DNA of 54,788 nucleotides from a virus (IMGVR_UViG_3300012352_000444:1-54788), one strand, 5' to 3'. Positions 1 to 8,006 are shown, counted from the first letter of the stretch. Numbers and translations: made by a program. Notes: generated by a model from the sequence alone, not told the origin.

Positions 1-2
1 TT

Positions 3-548
3 GCGATTCAAGCCTCAATTACTCCCGTTCGTGTTGTGTGCGCTAATACTCTTAATCTTGCACTTAATGGTGTAGGACGTAAGAAGAATAAGGGCCCTAA
101 GCAATCATTCAAGATTCGTCACACTCAAACCGCACAGGGTAAGGTTGCGATTGCTCGTGAAACTCTGGGGCTTGCAAATATCTACATGGATGAATTCGAT
201 AAAATGGCTAAGGCTATGATTGAGAAGGAAGTCAATGCTAAGACTTTCAATGACATTCTTCTCGCTGCATATCCAAAGCCTGAAAAGGATTCTAAGGGTG
301 CGTTCAAGAAGTGGGAAAACAAAATCGACATGGTAAATGATATTTACACAGGCGAGTTTAACGGAATGATTGCGGGTAATGCGTGGGGTGCGTTCAATGC
401 ACTTACAGAGCGCCTTGATTGGTATCGTTCTGCTCGTGGTGGAAACAATGAGTCGATTCTTGCTTCTGCTTCAGGATTTGACCCTGCAATTAACGCAGAA
501 AAGAATCGCCTTCTGAAAGTTGTACAAAACACACTTTCGTTGGTATAA
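3..548 (+). CDS. DUF932-family phage protein (5' truncated by window)
   Basis: Open frame from position 3; TPVRVVCANTL and F(K)IRHT motifs; C-terminal NAWGAFNALTE. Confidence 0.8.
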   Translation, partial: AIQASITPVRVVCANTLNLALNGVGRKKNKGPKQSFKIRHTQTAQGKVAIARETLGLANIYMDEFDKMAKAMIEKEVNAKTFNDILLAAYPKPEKDSKGAFKKWENKIDMVNDIYTGEFNGMIAGNAWGAFNALTERLDWYRSARGGNNESILASASGFDPAINAEKNRLLKVVQNTLSLV

Positions 549-557
549 TTAAATAAT

Positions 558-584
558 AATCCTGAGCATGATTTAAAACTGCTC
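558..584 (+). ncRNA. Compact H-type pseudoknot in the tRNA leader
   Basis: AATC 558-561 pairs with GATT 570-573; loop GAGCA 564-568 pairs with TGCTC 580-584; TATAAT at 544-549. Confidence 0.5.
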
Positions 585-587
585 TCT

Positions 588-665
588 ATATCCCTAGTGT
601 TTAATGGCTTAGCACGGCGGTCTCCAAAGCCGCAAGACAAGGTTCGAACCCTTGGGGGTATGCCA
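588..665 (+). tRNA. trnW: tRNA-Trp (CCA)
   Basis: Cloverleaf: ATATCCC/GGGGTAT acceptor, GCGGT-CT-CCA-AA-GCCGC, GGTTCGAACC, encoded CCA. Confidence 0.93.
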
Positions 666-666
666 G

Positions 667-743
667 GATCTCATAGCTCAATTGGTTAGAGCGCTACCCT
701 GTCACGGTAGAGGTTGCGAGTTCAAGTCTCGTTGGGGTCGCCA
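667..743 (+). tRNA. trnD: tRNA-Asp (GTC)
   Basis: CTACC-CT-GTC-AC-GGTAG anticodon arm, GTTCAAGT T-loop, encoded CCA. Confidence 0.95.
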
Positions 744-752
744 AGCGTAAAT

Positions 753-853
753 GGGGCCCCGGGGAAAACGGACATTTAGGACATTACGTATGAGTAACTA
801 AACAATATCTCATAAAAAACTTTATTAAGATGAACTGATATTTTTCCCGAAAT
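753..853. repeat. Degenerate ~95-100 bp repeat unit, copy A
   Basis: GGGGCCCC...ACATT...CATTACG...AAACAAT...AAAAAC...ATTAAGA...CCCGAA, same order as 4506-4595. Confidence 0.6.
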
Positions 854-866
854 CGGATTAAGATAT

Positions 867-895
867 TTGCATTTGTCATGGGCATTGGCTATAAT
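867..895 (+). promoter_or_regulatory. sigma70-type promoter with TTTGTCA element
   Basis: TTGCAT-N17-TATAAT; ATG 6 nt downstream (leaderless). Confidence 0.75.
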
Positions 896-901
896 TAATA
901 T

Positions 902-1063
902 ATGACTACCACATACAAACCATACACAATATCAGAACTCGTAAATGAGATTTATGAGGATAACATGTCACACCTAGATTTCATGGATAACATGAATGGT
1001 GGAGATTGCGATTGTAATATTCATCAAGCCCTATGGCTTATTATGCAATACTGGGGGGAATAA
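902..1063 (+). CDS. Small hypothetical protein (53 aa, not in ORF track)
   Basis: MTTTYKPYTISELVNEIYEDN...QYWGE; stop overlaps next ATG (TAATG). Confidence 0.7.
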   Translation: MTTTYKPYTISELVNEIYEDNMSHLDFMDNMNGGDCDCNIHQALWLIMQYWGE

Positions 1064-1239
1064 TGCCTAAGTTTAATATTGATTACCATGAGCAAGTTAA
1101 TAACTATTGGAATAGAGAGATTGAGGCTGATACATTAGTTGAGGCTCAAACTAAATTCCGTGAAGAAATCCAGGGTGTAGAGCCTGACCATGTAGATTTG
1201 ATTGGCTATGAGTTTGAGGAAGGTGAATCAGATGAGTAA
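1063..1239 (+). CDS. Small acidic hypothetical protein
   Basis: MPKFNIDY..., coupled to upstream stop. Confidence 0.7.
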   Translation: MPKFNIDYHEQVNNYWNREIEADTLVEAQTKFREEIQGVEPDHVDLIGYEFEEGESDE

Positions 1240-1384
1240 CTGGCTTAAGTATGACCTTCTATGTACCCACTGCGATACCCTCTTTGAAGTCACTACACAG
1301 GACTTTAAGAAGGCTCCAAGATGTGTCTGTGACTATCCAGATGAATTGATCCTTCTAGGCTGGCAAGACGCTACTGTGGCTTAA
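1232..1384 (+). CDS. Small CxxC hypothetical protein
   Basis: MSNWLKYDLLCTHC...; GAAGG upstream. Confidence 0.6.
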   Translation: MSNWLKYDLLCTHCDTLFEVTTQDFKKAPRCVCDYPDELILLGWQDATVA

Positions 1385-1411
1385 ATCACATAGCTAAAAC
1401 CCCTATCTGGC

Positions 1412-1440
1412 TTGTATTTGTCACCACTAAACCCTATAAT
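1412..1440 (+). promoter_or_regulatory. sigma70-type promoter with TTTGTCA element
   Basis: TTGTAT-N17-TATAAT. Confidence 0.7.
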
Positions 1441-1468
1441 TAATATATACACCAACCAAGGAGAGAAA

Positions 1469-1648
1469 ATGCCAACATATGAAGTAAATGTACGAGTAGA
1501 TTTTAGTTATGAAGTAGAAGCAGAAAACGAAGAAGCCGCACAAGAGCAGGGCTGGCAATGGGAAGATTATACACATTTCTCAGAAGTCTATTCAATTAAT
1601 GTAACACAAATATCAGATGATGAAGATGAGGACGAAGATGACAACTAA
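1469..1648 (+). CDS. Small acidic hypothetical protein
   Basis: AAGGAG SD then MPTYEVNVRV... Confidence 0.75.
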   Translation: MPTYEVNVRVDFSYEVEAENEEAAQEQGWQWEDYTHFSEVYSINVTQISDDEDEDEDDN

Positions 1649-1739
1649 TGTAGTTTATGTTCCCTACTGTGGGGATTGTGATAAGCAGTTAATTGATATG
1701 CCGTCGTTTATTGAAGCCCATGATTGCGAGGAGAACTAA
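1638..1739 (+). CDS. 33-aa CxxC microprotein (not in ORF track)
   Basis: MTTNVVYVPYCGDC...; fills the gap, coupled at both ends. Confidence 0.55.
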   Translation: MTTNVVYVPYCGDCDKQLIDMPSFIEAHDCEEN

Positions 1740-1936
1740 TGATTTATATTGCTAATGTTAATGGAGACTGGTGGTCATATGATAGCCGTGACCCACTGTT
1801 TGTACTTGACACTGAAGAACTAGACGCTGTTCAGTTTGCAGAGATTGTAGATGAGCATGGTGGTCTTGAGGGAGATAAGTTTGAGGATGTAATCTCAGAG
1901 TTCGGTAAGACTGTTTATCTTACGGAGTTAATCTAA
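1739..1936 (+). CDS. Hypothetical protein
   Basis: GAGGAG SD; MIYIANVNGDWW... Confidence 0.7.
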   Translation: MIYIANVNGDWWSYDSRDPLFVLDTEELDAVQFAEIVDEHGGLEGDKFEDVISEFGKTVYLTELI

Positions 1937-2091
1937 TGAATGAGCTGATTGAATATATAAAGATACATCTAGTTAGCCTTCAGCAAGACTGGGAAGAAGC
2001 GTTACAGGGAGAAGGCTATGACTACTTATCTGGACAGATAGAAGCCACACGACACCTTTTGTCAGTAGCAGAGGATATACTTAATAAATGA
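1936..2091 (+). CDS. 51-aa hypothetical protein (not in ORF track)
   Basis: MNELIEYIKIHL...DILNK; TAATG and ATGA coupling. Confidence 0.65.
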   Translation: MNELIEYIKIHLVSLQQDWEEALQGEGYDYLSGQIEATRHLLSVAEDILNK

Positions 2092-2375
2092 ATCCAGATT
2101 ATAATATCCCAATCCATATCCAACGACTTATTGACTTAGGAGAATCAGGTACTGATATCCTACATGGCGAACTAAAGAATATGATGTACGAGTGTGAGAA
2201 GGAACTCGTGCCTCTACTAGAGAACTCTAATGAGGTTGGCTCAGATGAGGACTATGAAGATACCGTTCAGCGTTTATATAATGAAGGATACATGGACGCA
2301 TTAACAGCGGTATATCAATTAACATACCAACTAGCATTTGCTATTGACGAAAGGAAGAAAAATGGGAATGTATGA
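2088..2375 (+). CDS. Hypothetical protein
   Basis: ORF track; TATACT 6 nt upstream. Confidence 0.7.
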   Translation: MNPDYNIPIHIQRLIDLGESGTDILHGELKNMMYECEKELVPLLENSNEVGSDEDYEDTVQRLYNEGYMDALTAVYQLTYQLAFAIDERKKNGNV

Positions 2376-2622
2376 TGAGTCTTGGTGCAATGGTTGTGGA
2401 ACCTCTGTTACCTATTCAGACGCTGATGAACACTACTGCGGGGATTGCTCAGCAGATAATGTTGCCCAGGATCTTTTGTCATTTGTTAAGGAGCGCATTG
2501 AAGCCTTGACAGAGCTTCGAAAAGAATATCATAAACAAAATGATTACTCTATGGACGACTATGCCAGTGGAGCCATTGACGCATATGATATTGTCCGTAT
2601 GAAATTGACAGACGACCACTAG
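2362..2622 (+). CDS. Hypothetical protein with two CxxC motifs
   Basis: CNGC...CGDC; GAAAGGA SD. Confidence 0.65.
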   Translation: MGMYDESWCNGCGTSVTYSDADEHYCGDCSADNVAQDLLSFVKERIEALTELRKEYHKQNDYSMDDYASGAIDAYDIVRMKLTDDH

Positions 2623-2664
2623 TCCTGTATTATTAATATATCCACCTAGTAGAAAGATAACACC

Positions 2665-3090
2665 ATGAATAACTTTATTGAGATGGACTTTGATGAATGG
2701 GTCCAAACCTATAAGCCTATCCATAATAATATAGATACTAATGCGTCATTTGATGGTTTGATGTTTGAAACCTATGGCGATGAGTATGAGTTTGTCAAGA
2801 AGGCAGACCCTAAGCATATCTGGACTTATGGTGATGGCGATGATGGAGGTTCCTATATCTGGAGTGAATGGTCCTTTGTTAATCGCATTGGTTATTTCAT
2901 TACTGAGATTCCATTCCCCGAAAATACCACGATTCAAATCAAAGTATCTTCATACTGGTATTACTGCGAAGGTTGCGGTGCAGAGATTGAAGATGATGGC
3001 CAACTAATTAATGAGAAATTCTACGATTTTGAATGTTGTCCACAATGTGCTACAGTTGAACAACTAAAAGAAATCGAGGGGGCCCAATGA
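2665..3090 (+). CDS. Hypothetical protein with C-terminal Zn ribbon
   Basis: CEGC...CPQC; promoter TTGACA-N17-TATTAT at 2605-2633. Confidence 0.75.
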   Translation: MNNFIEMDFDEWVQTYKPIHNNIDTNASFDGLMFETYGDEYEFVKKADPKHIWTYGDGDDGGSYIWSEWSFVNRIGYFITEIPFPENTTIQIKVSSYWYYCEGCGAEIEDDGQLINEKFYDFECCPQCATVEQLKEIEGAQ

Positions 3091-3221
3091 ACGAATCACT
3101 AGACGGAGCAAGTATCCTAGAAGGTGTAATGGAGATATTCCACCAAGACGGAGATAAGGCAACTGACCTAGAATGTTGCTACCAGATGTTAGATTATTTA
3201 AAGAGATGCTTGGAGGCATAA
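3087..3221 (+). CDS. 44-aa hypothetical protein (not in ORF track)
   Basis: MNESLDGASILEG...; coupled at both ends. Confidence 0.6.
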   Translation: MNESLDGASILEGVMEIFHQDGDKATDLECCYQMLDYLKRCLEA

Positions 3222-3517
3222 TGAGAACAGAGAATTCAGATATTACTCGTGACGGTTTAGATAGTATTATCGAACAACTGGACGCACTGCCTGTCATGCC
3301 TGCCTTGACTTGGCTATGGGCTTGGGATACAATTAGGTCCACCTATCAGGGAGAAGAGTTCAACGAGGTTTGGGAGAAGTTCTTCTACGAGGCAGGGGAT
3401 GAAGGCTGGACTATGGAGCACGGTTCACAGCATATGCAAGACCACGTAGATAGTTGGCTAATCAAAAACAATTTTATTACTGATGAAGAGATGTTTACAT
3501 TACAGGGGGAGAACTAA
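3221..3517 (+). CDS. Hypothetical protein
   Basis: GGAGG SD; MRTENSD... Confidence 0.7.
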   Translation: MRTENSDITRDGLDSIIEQLDALPVMPALTWLWAWDTIRSTYQGEEFNEVWEKFFYEAGDEGWTMEHGSQHMQDHVDSWLIKNNFITDEEMFTLQGEN

Positions 3518-3885
3518 TGGGAGCCAGAATTAATTTCGTATTCAAAGATTCAGAGCCTGCTATAGGAGAGCCTGCCTCATGGGTAGTACTTTATAGCCAC
3601 TGGGGAGCAGATACATGGCAGTATGACATTGCTAATGCTATTAATCATGCAGCCAAGCGAATCGCAATGGATGACACATCGTATACAACACGTATGATGA
3701 TTAGTTATCTTATGTCAGAAACCATTCTAGATGAAACAGGATATGGAATCTTTGCTATTAATCCTAACAGTTATGACCTATACGATGAGACAGTTATGAT
3801 TGACTTAGTTAACAAGACTGTTAATGATGTTGATTTTTCAGAGTTCATTGAAAAAGCATTTTTGGCTGAGCGGCTATCTGTGTAG
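3517..3885 (+). CDS. Conserved-looking phage hypothetical protein
   Basis: MGARINF...LYSHWG motif. Confidence 0.75.
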   Translation: MGARINFVFKDSEPAIGEPASWVVLYSHWGADTWQYDIANAINHAAKRIAMDDTSYTTRMMISYLMSETILDETGYGIFAINPNSYDLYDETVMIDLVNKTVNDVDFSEFIEKAFLAERLSV

Positions 3886-3909
3886 GGTCACACAGGGCCA
3901 AATAGGGTA

Positions 3910-3942
3910 GAGGGGGCAGGACTGTGGTGGGCTTGCCCTCTC
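3910..3942 (+). other. GC-rich intergenic hairpin overlapping a promoter
   Basis: GAGGGGGCAGG/CTTGCCCTCTC; TTGCCC-N17-TACAAT at 3933-3961. Confidence 0.55.
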
Positions 3943-3969
3943 CCCACAACTTTGATACAATGGAGAGAT

Positions 3970-4203
3970 ATGAAACGACACACGCTATCGACAAGCAAGG
4001 AAGAAAAGGTAGCGGTTAGCATTGGAAAACTTCTTTCAGATTTTACTTTAGATTTGGAAGCGGTAGGAAAATATCTAGCCGTATCCAATCCACATATTAT
4101 TTATGTACGAACATTGACAGTATTGGAAGCAACAGAGTATAATAAGACAGTAGCAGAATACAGAGAGATAGGAAAATATTATGGCAACGGAATTTCTAAC
4201 TAA
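3970..4203 (+). CDS. Hypothetical protein
   Basis: GGAGAG upstream; MKRHTLS... Confidence 0.7.
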   Translation: MKRHTLSTSKEEKVAVSIGKLLSDFTLDLEAVGKYLAVSNPHIIYVRTLTVLEATEYNKTVAEYREIGKYYGNGISN

Positions 4204-4444
4204 GTGCGATATCTTGGCAGAGTTATGGCTAGATTATCGTAGCGAAACAGACTTCAAAGATTTTGTAGAATATAACGATTTGGGATTGCCTTTAGCATTT
4301 GCTATCTCCCAAGAGATTATTGAACGAACTCCAAGAGCAGAGGTTTATATTGAAGAAGCCTTTGAGTTACTATTGGCTGCATTAGATATCGAAGACGGTG
4401 ATTTCGATAGTCTTGATGATTTGCTGATGAATAGCAACAAGTAA
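4181..4444 (+). CDS. Hypothetical protein
   Basis: ORF track; AGGA SD. Confidence 0.75.
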   Translation: MATEFLTKCDILAELWLDYRSETDFKDFVEYNDLGLPLAFAISQEIIERTPRAEVYIEEAFELLLAALDIEDGDFDSLDDLLMNSNK

Positions 4445-4446
4445 AG

Positions 4447-4494
4447 CTTCTCCCCTTCCCGCCTTATACTTCTCTCTGAGGCGGGAGGGAGGGG
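4447..4494 (+). terminator. Long GC-rich hairpin ending the early operon
   Basis: CTTCTCCCCTTCCCGCCTTA/TGAGGCGGGAGGGAGGGG; no U-tract. Confidence 0.45.
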
Positions 4495-4505
4495 ATCATC
4501 CTGGC

Positions 4506-4595
4506 GGGGCCGGGGCCCCAAACATTCAAACCATTACGATACCAAACAATTTTTCCCAAAAAAACATTAAGAACGATTTCTAAAAAATCCCTGAA
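4506..4595. repeat. Degenerate repeat unit, copy B
   Basis: Same ordered motifs as 753-853. Confidence 0.6.
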
Positions 4596-5161
4596 CTTTA
4601 TATTTCAAACCACCTATATTCCAAACCACCTATACACCATATCCCTATATCTGTCAAACCTTTATATCCAGCTATATGGTGTTTGTACCTATAGTGTTTG
4701 TATATAGGGTATTACGAAGGATCATTTATTTTCCCCGAAATCCCCGATTTGTCAGGGGTACCAGCTATAATCCCCCGGCCTTTTAAGGCGGGGATCCCAG
4801 AGGGGATAAAGAAGCTATACCAAATACCCCTATAGTAATAGACAATAAGTACCTATAGAAAAACATATATGTTTTGGCAAATTGTCCATATCTTTTAAAA
4901 CATTATCAAACATTTTATATTAATTATTGGACATTTTTGCCAATTTTGTCTACCATATTTGACAAACAATTATAGCCATGATATGCCCAAAATAAGGTTT
5001 GACAAAGGTTTGGAGATATGATATAGGGTGTTTGGAAAAAGGGGATAGGAAGGTTTGGTGGTTTGGACATTACGGCCCCATCTGTCTATGCGCTCTATCA
5101 CCCATTAGACATTTCCAAACCCCATGTCCACCATAACTAAAAAATATCAGTAAGATTTATC

Positions 5162-5182
5162 TGTGGATAACTCTGTGGATAA
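5162..5182 (-). promoter_or_regulatory. Two tandem consensus DnaA boxes
   Basis: TGTGGATAA (rc TTATCCACA) at 5162-5170 and 5174-5182. Confidence 0.7.
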
Positions 5183-5257
5183 CTGTGCTATTTGGCTATC
5201 AAACCAACACAAATTGGACATCTTGACATGTGTATAACTCTTTGATATCATATATAT

Positions 5258-5467
5258 ATGAAATCATCAAGAGCAGGTGCATTAGCACAAAGATCATTTA
5301 CCAAACCAGGAAAGATTGATTTAGGTCCAGAAGCAGCTAGTATACTTAAAAATCTAGAACGAGCCAGAAACTATGGAAGCAAAAGAAAATACAATGCTGA
5401 ACTTAATAAGTTAGCTAAAAATCATCCAGAGTTTGCTTCATCTATCCTATCCTTGTATTGGAAATAA
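5258..5467 (+). CDS. Small basic hypothetical protein
   Basis: TTGACA-N17-TATCAT at 5223-5251; leaderless ATG. Confidence 0.65.
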   Translation: MKSSRAGALAQRSFTKPGKIDLGPEAASILKNLERARNYGSKRKYNAELNKLAKNHPEFASSILSLYWK

Positions 5468-5478
5468 GTATACAAGCC

Positions 5479-5487
5479 TGTGGATAA
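5479..5487 (-). promoter_or_regulatory. Consensus DnaA box
   Basis: TGTGGATAA, intergenic. Confidence 0.6.
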
Positions 5488-5603
5488 CTCCCATATCTGA
5501 CCAAACAACCTAGCCTAAAAGCCAAGTGTTTCTACTAGGGTTATTTGCTATAGGTATTACGATAGACCTTTAAATTCCCCCGAAATTTTGCTATACTGTA
5601 TGC

Positions 5604-6215
5604 ATGACCATATTCATCCCGTTTGGCAAAGATTGCTCTCCAGCCTTTATATTAAAGTATGCAGAGCTTAGAAAAGAAAGCCTACCCTTTGATTGGAATC
5701 TAGCCTATGCTCAGCATATTAAGCGCTCCTTTGATGTAAAGTTTGAAGACTGGTTTACCGACATAGAATTGATTTATCATGATGGCTTAGTGCCTGATGC
5801 TGTTCAAGAAAGAACAACAAACAAATGCTCAACTATTAACCATAACTACCCTATTAGCCAAATAGATCATCCAGGCTTGGGCTTTATAGCTCACTTTGAT
5901 TTAACCGATCCGACTGTTGTAGAAACCATTAAGAAAAGAATTAAAAGATTTTATGAGATTATCAGCTCTGATGAGGATATTGTTTTTTTCTCATCTTCAT
6001 CCTATGAAGATCTTGATAAGCATGGGCTACTAAACTATTTTAATAGAGATGCCAAAACATCATTTTTATTTCTAGACTACAAGATTTCAAATAAAAAAAA
6101 TATATCTATTGATGAGGTAAATGGATATAAAATTATCAGGGCTAATGCAACACATAGCTTTGACCATGATATGTTTCACGCTATAGCTAATACTGTTAAG
6201 TCTTTGTATATTTGA
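5604..6215 (+). CDS. DUF1796 putative papain-like cysteine peptidase family protein
   Basis: N-terminal IPFGKDC..A..L...LR..SLPFDW and KRIKRF motifs. Confidence 0.7.
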   Translation: MTIFIPFGKDCSPAFILKYAELRKESLPFDWNLAYAQHIKRSFDVKFEDWFTDIELIYHDGLVPDAVQERTTNKCSTINHNYPISQIDHPGLGFIAHFDLTDPTVVETIKKRIKRFYEIISSDEDIVFFSSSSYEDLDKHGLLNYFNRDAKTSFLFLDYKISNKKNISIDEVNGYKIIRANATHSFDHDMFHAIANTVKSLYI

Positions 6216-6246
6216 CTACCCCTTCAAAATCCTATATACTGAAGGT

Positions 6247-6363
6247 ATGAAATGTTATTACGAAGGATGCCAAAAAACCCCTGAATGGCATATATTTGTA
6301 GAAGAAGGCACATTTGCCTGTGATGAACATGCACCAGGAGACTATAGTGAACCTATCAATTGA
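6247..6363 (+). CDS. 38-aa Cys/His microprotein (not in ORF track)
   Basis: TTGACT-N17-TATACT at 6212-6240, then ATG; MKCYYEGC...ACDEH. Confidence 0.55.
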   Translation: MKCYYEGCQKTPEWHIFVEEGTFACDEHAPGDYSEPIN

Positions 6364-6532
6364 AGAGTATAAGGCTAAGGCTAATAAGGATCAGGATACC
6401 TTTATCTTCCCCGCAATTCCGTGGAAGTGGACTATCTATGACGGCTCTAAGGTTAAGACATATGGCTATGCCCATACTGAGGAAGATGCCAATAGGATTG
6501 CTAGCGAAGCACTGAGGAAATATAACCGATAG
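6347..6532 (+). CDS. Hypothetical protein
   Basis: AGGAG SD before GTG. Confidence 0.6.
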   Translation: MNLSIEEYKAKANKDQDTFIFPAIPWKWTIYDGSKVKTYGYAHTEEDANRIASEALRKYNR

Positions 6533-6661
6533 TGACCGTGTAGGTCATAAGGTGGTTTAGGTGCTCTATGTCGCCGCCGAGCTGAAAAACAATATATCAA
6601 AGTTATAAAAAATAAATCATTTAATAGTGTATGATAGAATATATATAGAAAGCGGGATAAA

Positions 6662-7276
6662 ATGATTAATGCAAACCATAAAGATATTCTTGATAGTTTT
6701 GAAAAAACAGAGCAATGGAAACACTTTAGTTTTATTTTTAACACACATTTTAAAAACAAAGAAAATCTACACATGCTTCAAATAGGTGCTCATGCAGGCA
6801 AAGCATCAAAATGGATACTTAATAATATTAGCAGCACATCAAAGCTTGTAGATGTTGATCCATGGACAGGATCATTAGCATCAGATGGACACCTAGACAA
6901 TCATGATCCAACTGTACCCTGGGAAAAATATTTTGATAAAGCGGTATCTGGGTTCAATAATTCAATAAAATTTAAAGGAACTTCGAAAGAATATTTTGAT
7001 TCAATATCAAATGAAAAAGAAATTTTTGATTTTATATATATAGATGGCAGCCATAAATATGATGATGTTTATGCAGATGCAGTTAGCTCATATAAACATT
7101 TAAAGAGTGGTGGGATTATAGCTTTTGATGATTACCTATGGGAAATAGATAAAGATCCCAGTTTGATACCACACTATGCCATTAATAAATTTTTAAAAGA
7201 GTATCAGCATGTAGTATTAATAAATGAAAATAGCAATTTAAGCAACTGGCCACAATTTTGGATTTTAAAATCTTAA
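6662..7276 (+). CDS. Class I SAM-dependent methyltransferase (Methyltransf_24-like)
   Basis: LQIGAHAG, VDPW, FDFIYIDGSH..V..D, GGIIAFDDY. Confidence 0.85.
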   Translation: MINANHKDILDSFEKTEQWKHFSFIFNTHFKNKENLHMLQIGAHAGKASKWILNNISSTSKLVDVDPWTGSLASDGHLDNHDPTVPWEKYFDKAVSGFNNSIKFKGTSKEYFDSISNEKEIFDFIYIDGSHKYDDVYADAVSSYKHLKSGGIIAFDDYLWEIDKDPSLIPHYAINKFLKEYQHVVLINENSNLSNWPQFWILKS

Positions 7277-7292
7277 AGGATTTAATATACCT

Positions 7293-8006
7293 ATGAGGTC
7301 TTTTTTCTCAAAACAAACAATTAGGCTTGACTCAAGCAAAAAAGTTGCTGTTGTTATTCCATGGAGAGAAACAGAAAGCAGAATTCTTGGATTTAATAAT
7401 ATAATTAAATATTATGATTCGGTCTTAGATAGTCCAACTATATTTACTACTGATTCTAAATCAGAGATTTTTAATCTTGCTGCAAGCAGAAACCTTGGAA
7501 TGAAACAGGCTTTTGATCAAGGATTTGAGGCAGTGGTTTTATCTGATGCAGATATTTTTGTATCCGCAGATGTTCTTATTGAATCTATTAATCATTCGTT
7601 AGAACATGGTGTTATAGTTAATCCATATAATTTACTTATTGACCTTACAAAAATAGGGACAGAAATGTTTTTCAACAAAGAGAAAAAATGTCTACTTAAT
7701 TATTCCTGGAAAATTGATGCTCCTACATTTGTTGATGGCAATATTTCTAGCTTAGTTCCATGTGCAGGAATAAACATAGTTCCAAAATCAGTATGGGATG
7801 CAATAGGTGGATTTGATGAGAATTTTGTTGGGTGGGGGTATGAGGATATGGCCTATCTGACTTCATATATTAAGCATTTTAACAATATATATAGATTTGA
7901 AGAAGGAGTAGCAATTTCATTATTTCATGAAAAAGAATGGAAGATGAAATCAAAAGATAATGAGAACTATTTTAAAGAGAAATATGCAAAACAAACATTA
8001 ACTTGA
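7293..8006 (+). CDS. Glycosyltransferase, GT2/GT7-like
   Basis: VVIPWR, FNLAASRNLG, DAD, IGGFDENFVGWGYED. Confidence 0.85.
   Translation: MRSFFSKQTIRLDSSKKVAVVIPWRETESRILGFNNIIKYYDSVLDSPTIFTTDSKSEIFNLAASRNLGMKQAFDQGFEAVVLSDADIFVSADVLIESINHSLEHGVIVNPYNLLIDLTKIGTEMFFNKEKKCLLNYSWKIDAPTFVDGNISSLVPCAGINIVPKSVWDAIGGFDENFVGWGYEDMAYLTSYIKHFNNIYRFEEGVAISLFHEKEWKMKSKDNENYFKEKYAKQTLT

Larger units (their letters stand above)
4500..5600. other. Putative replication origin / control region
   Basis: Largely non-coding; DnaA boxes, CAAAC/GTTTG direct and inverted repeats, repeated bipartite motifs. Confidence 0.55.

Noticed and set aside
744-780. HDV-like (theta) ribozyme after tRNA-Asp
   Set aside because: Could not build the nested double pseudoknot; better explained as part of the repeat unit
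3885-3905. Resemblance to the start of a c-di-GMP-I riboswitch
   Set aside because: Only a few bases match; P2/P3 and the tetraloop receptor are absent
3921-3948. Pseudoknot between the hairpin loop TGTGG and downstream CCACA
   Set aside because: A 1-nt linker cannot span the 11-bp stem
4445-5257. CRISPR mini-array in the non-coding region
   Set aside because: Repeats are short, degenerate and irregularly spaced
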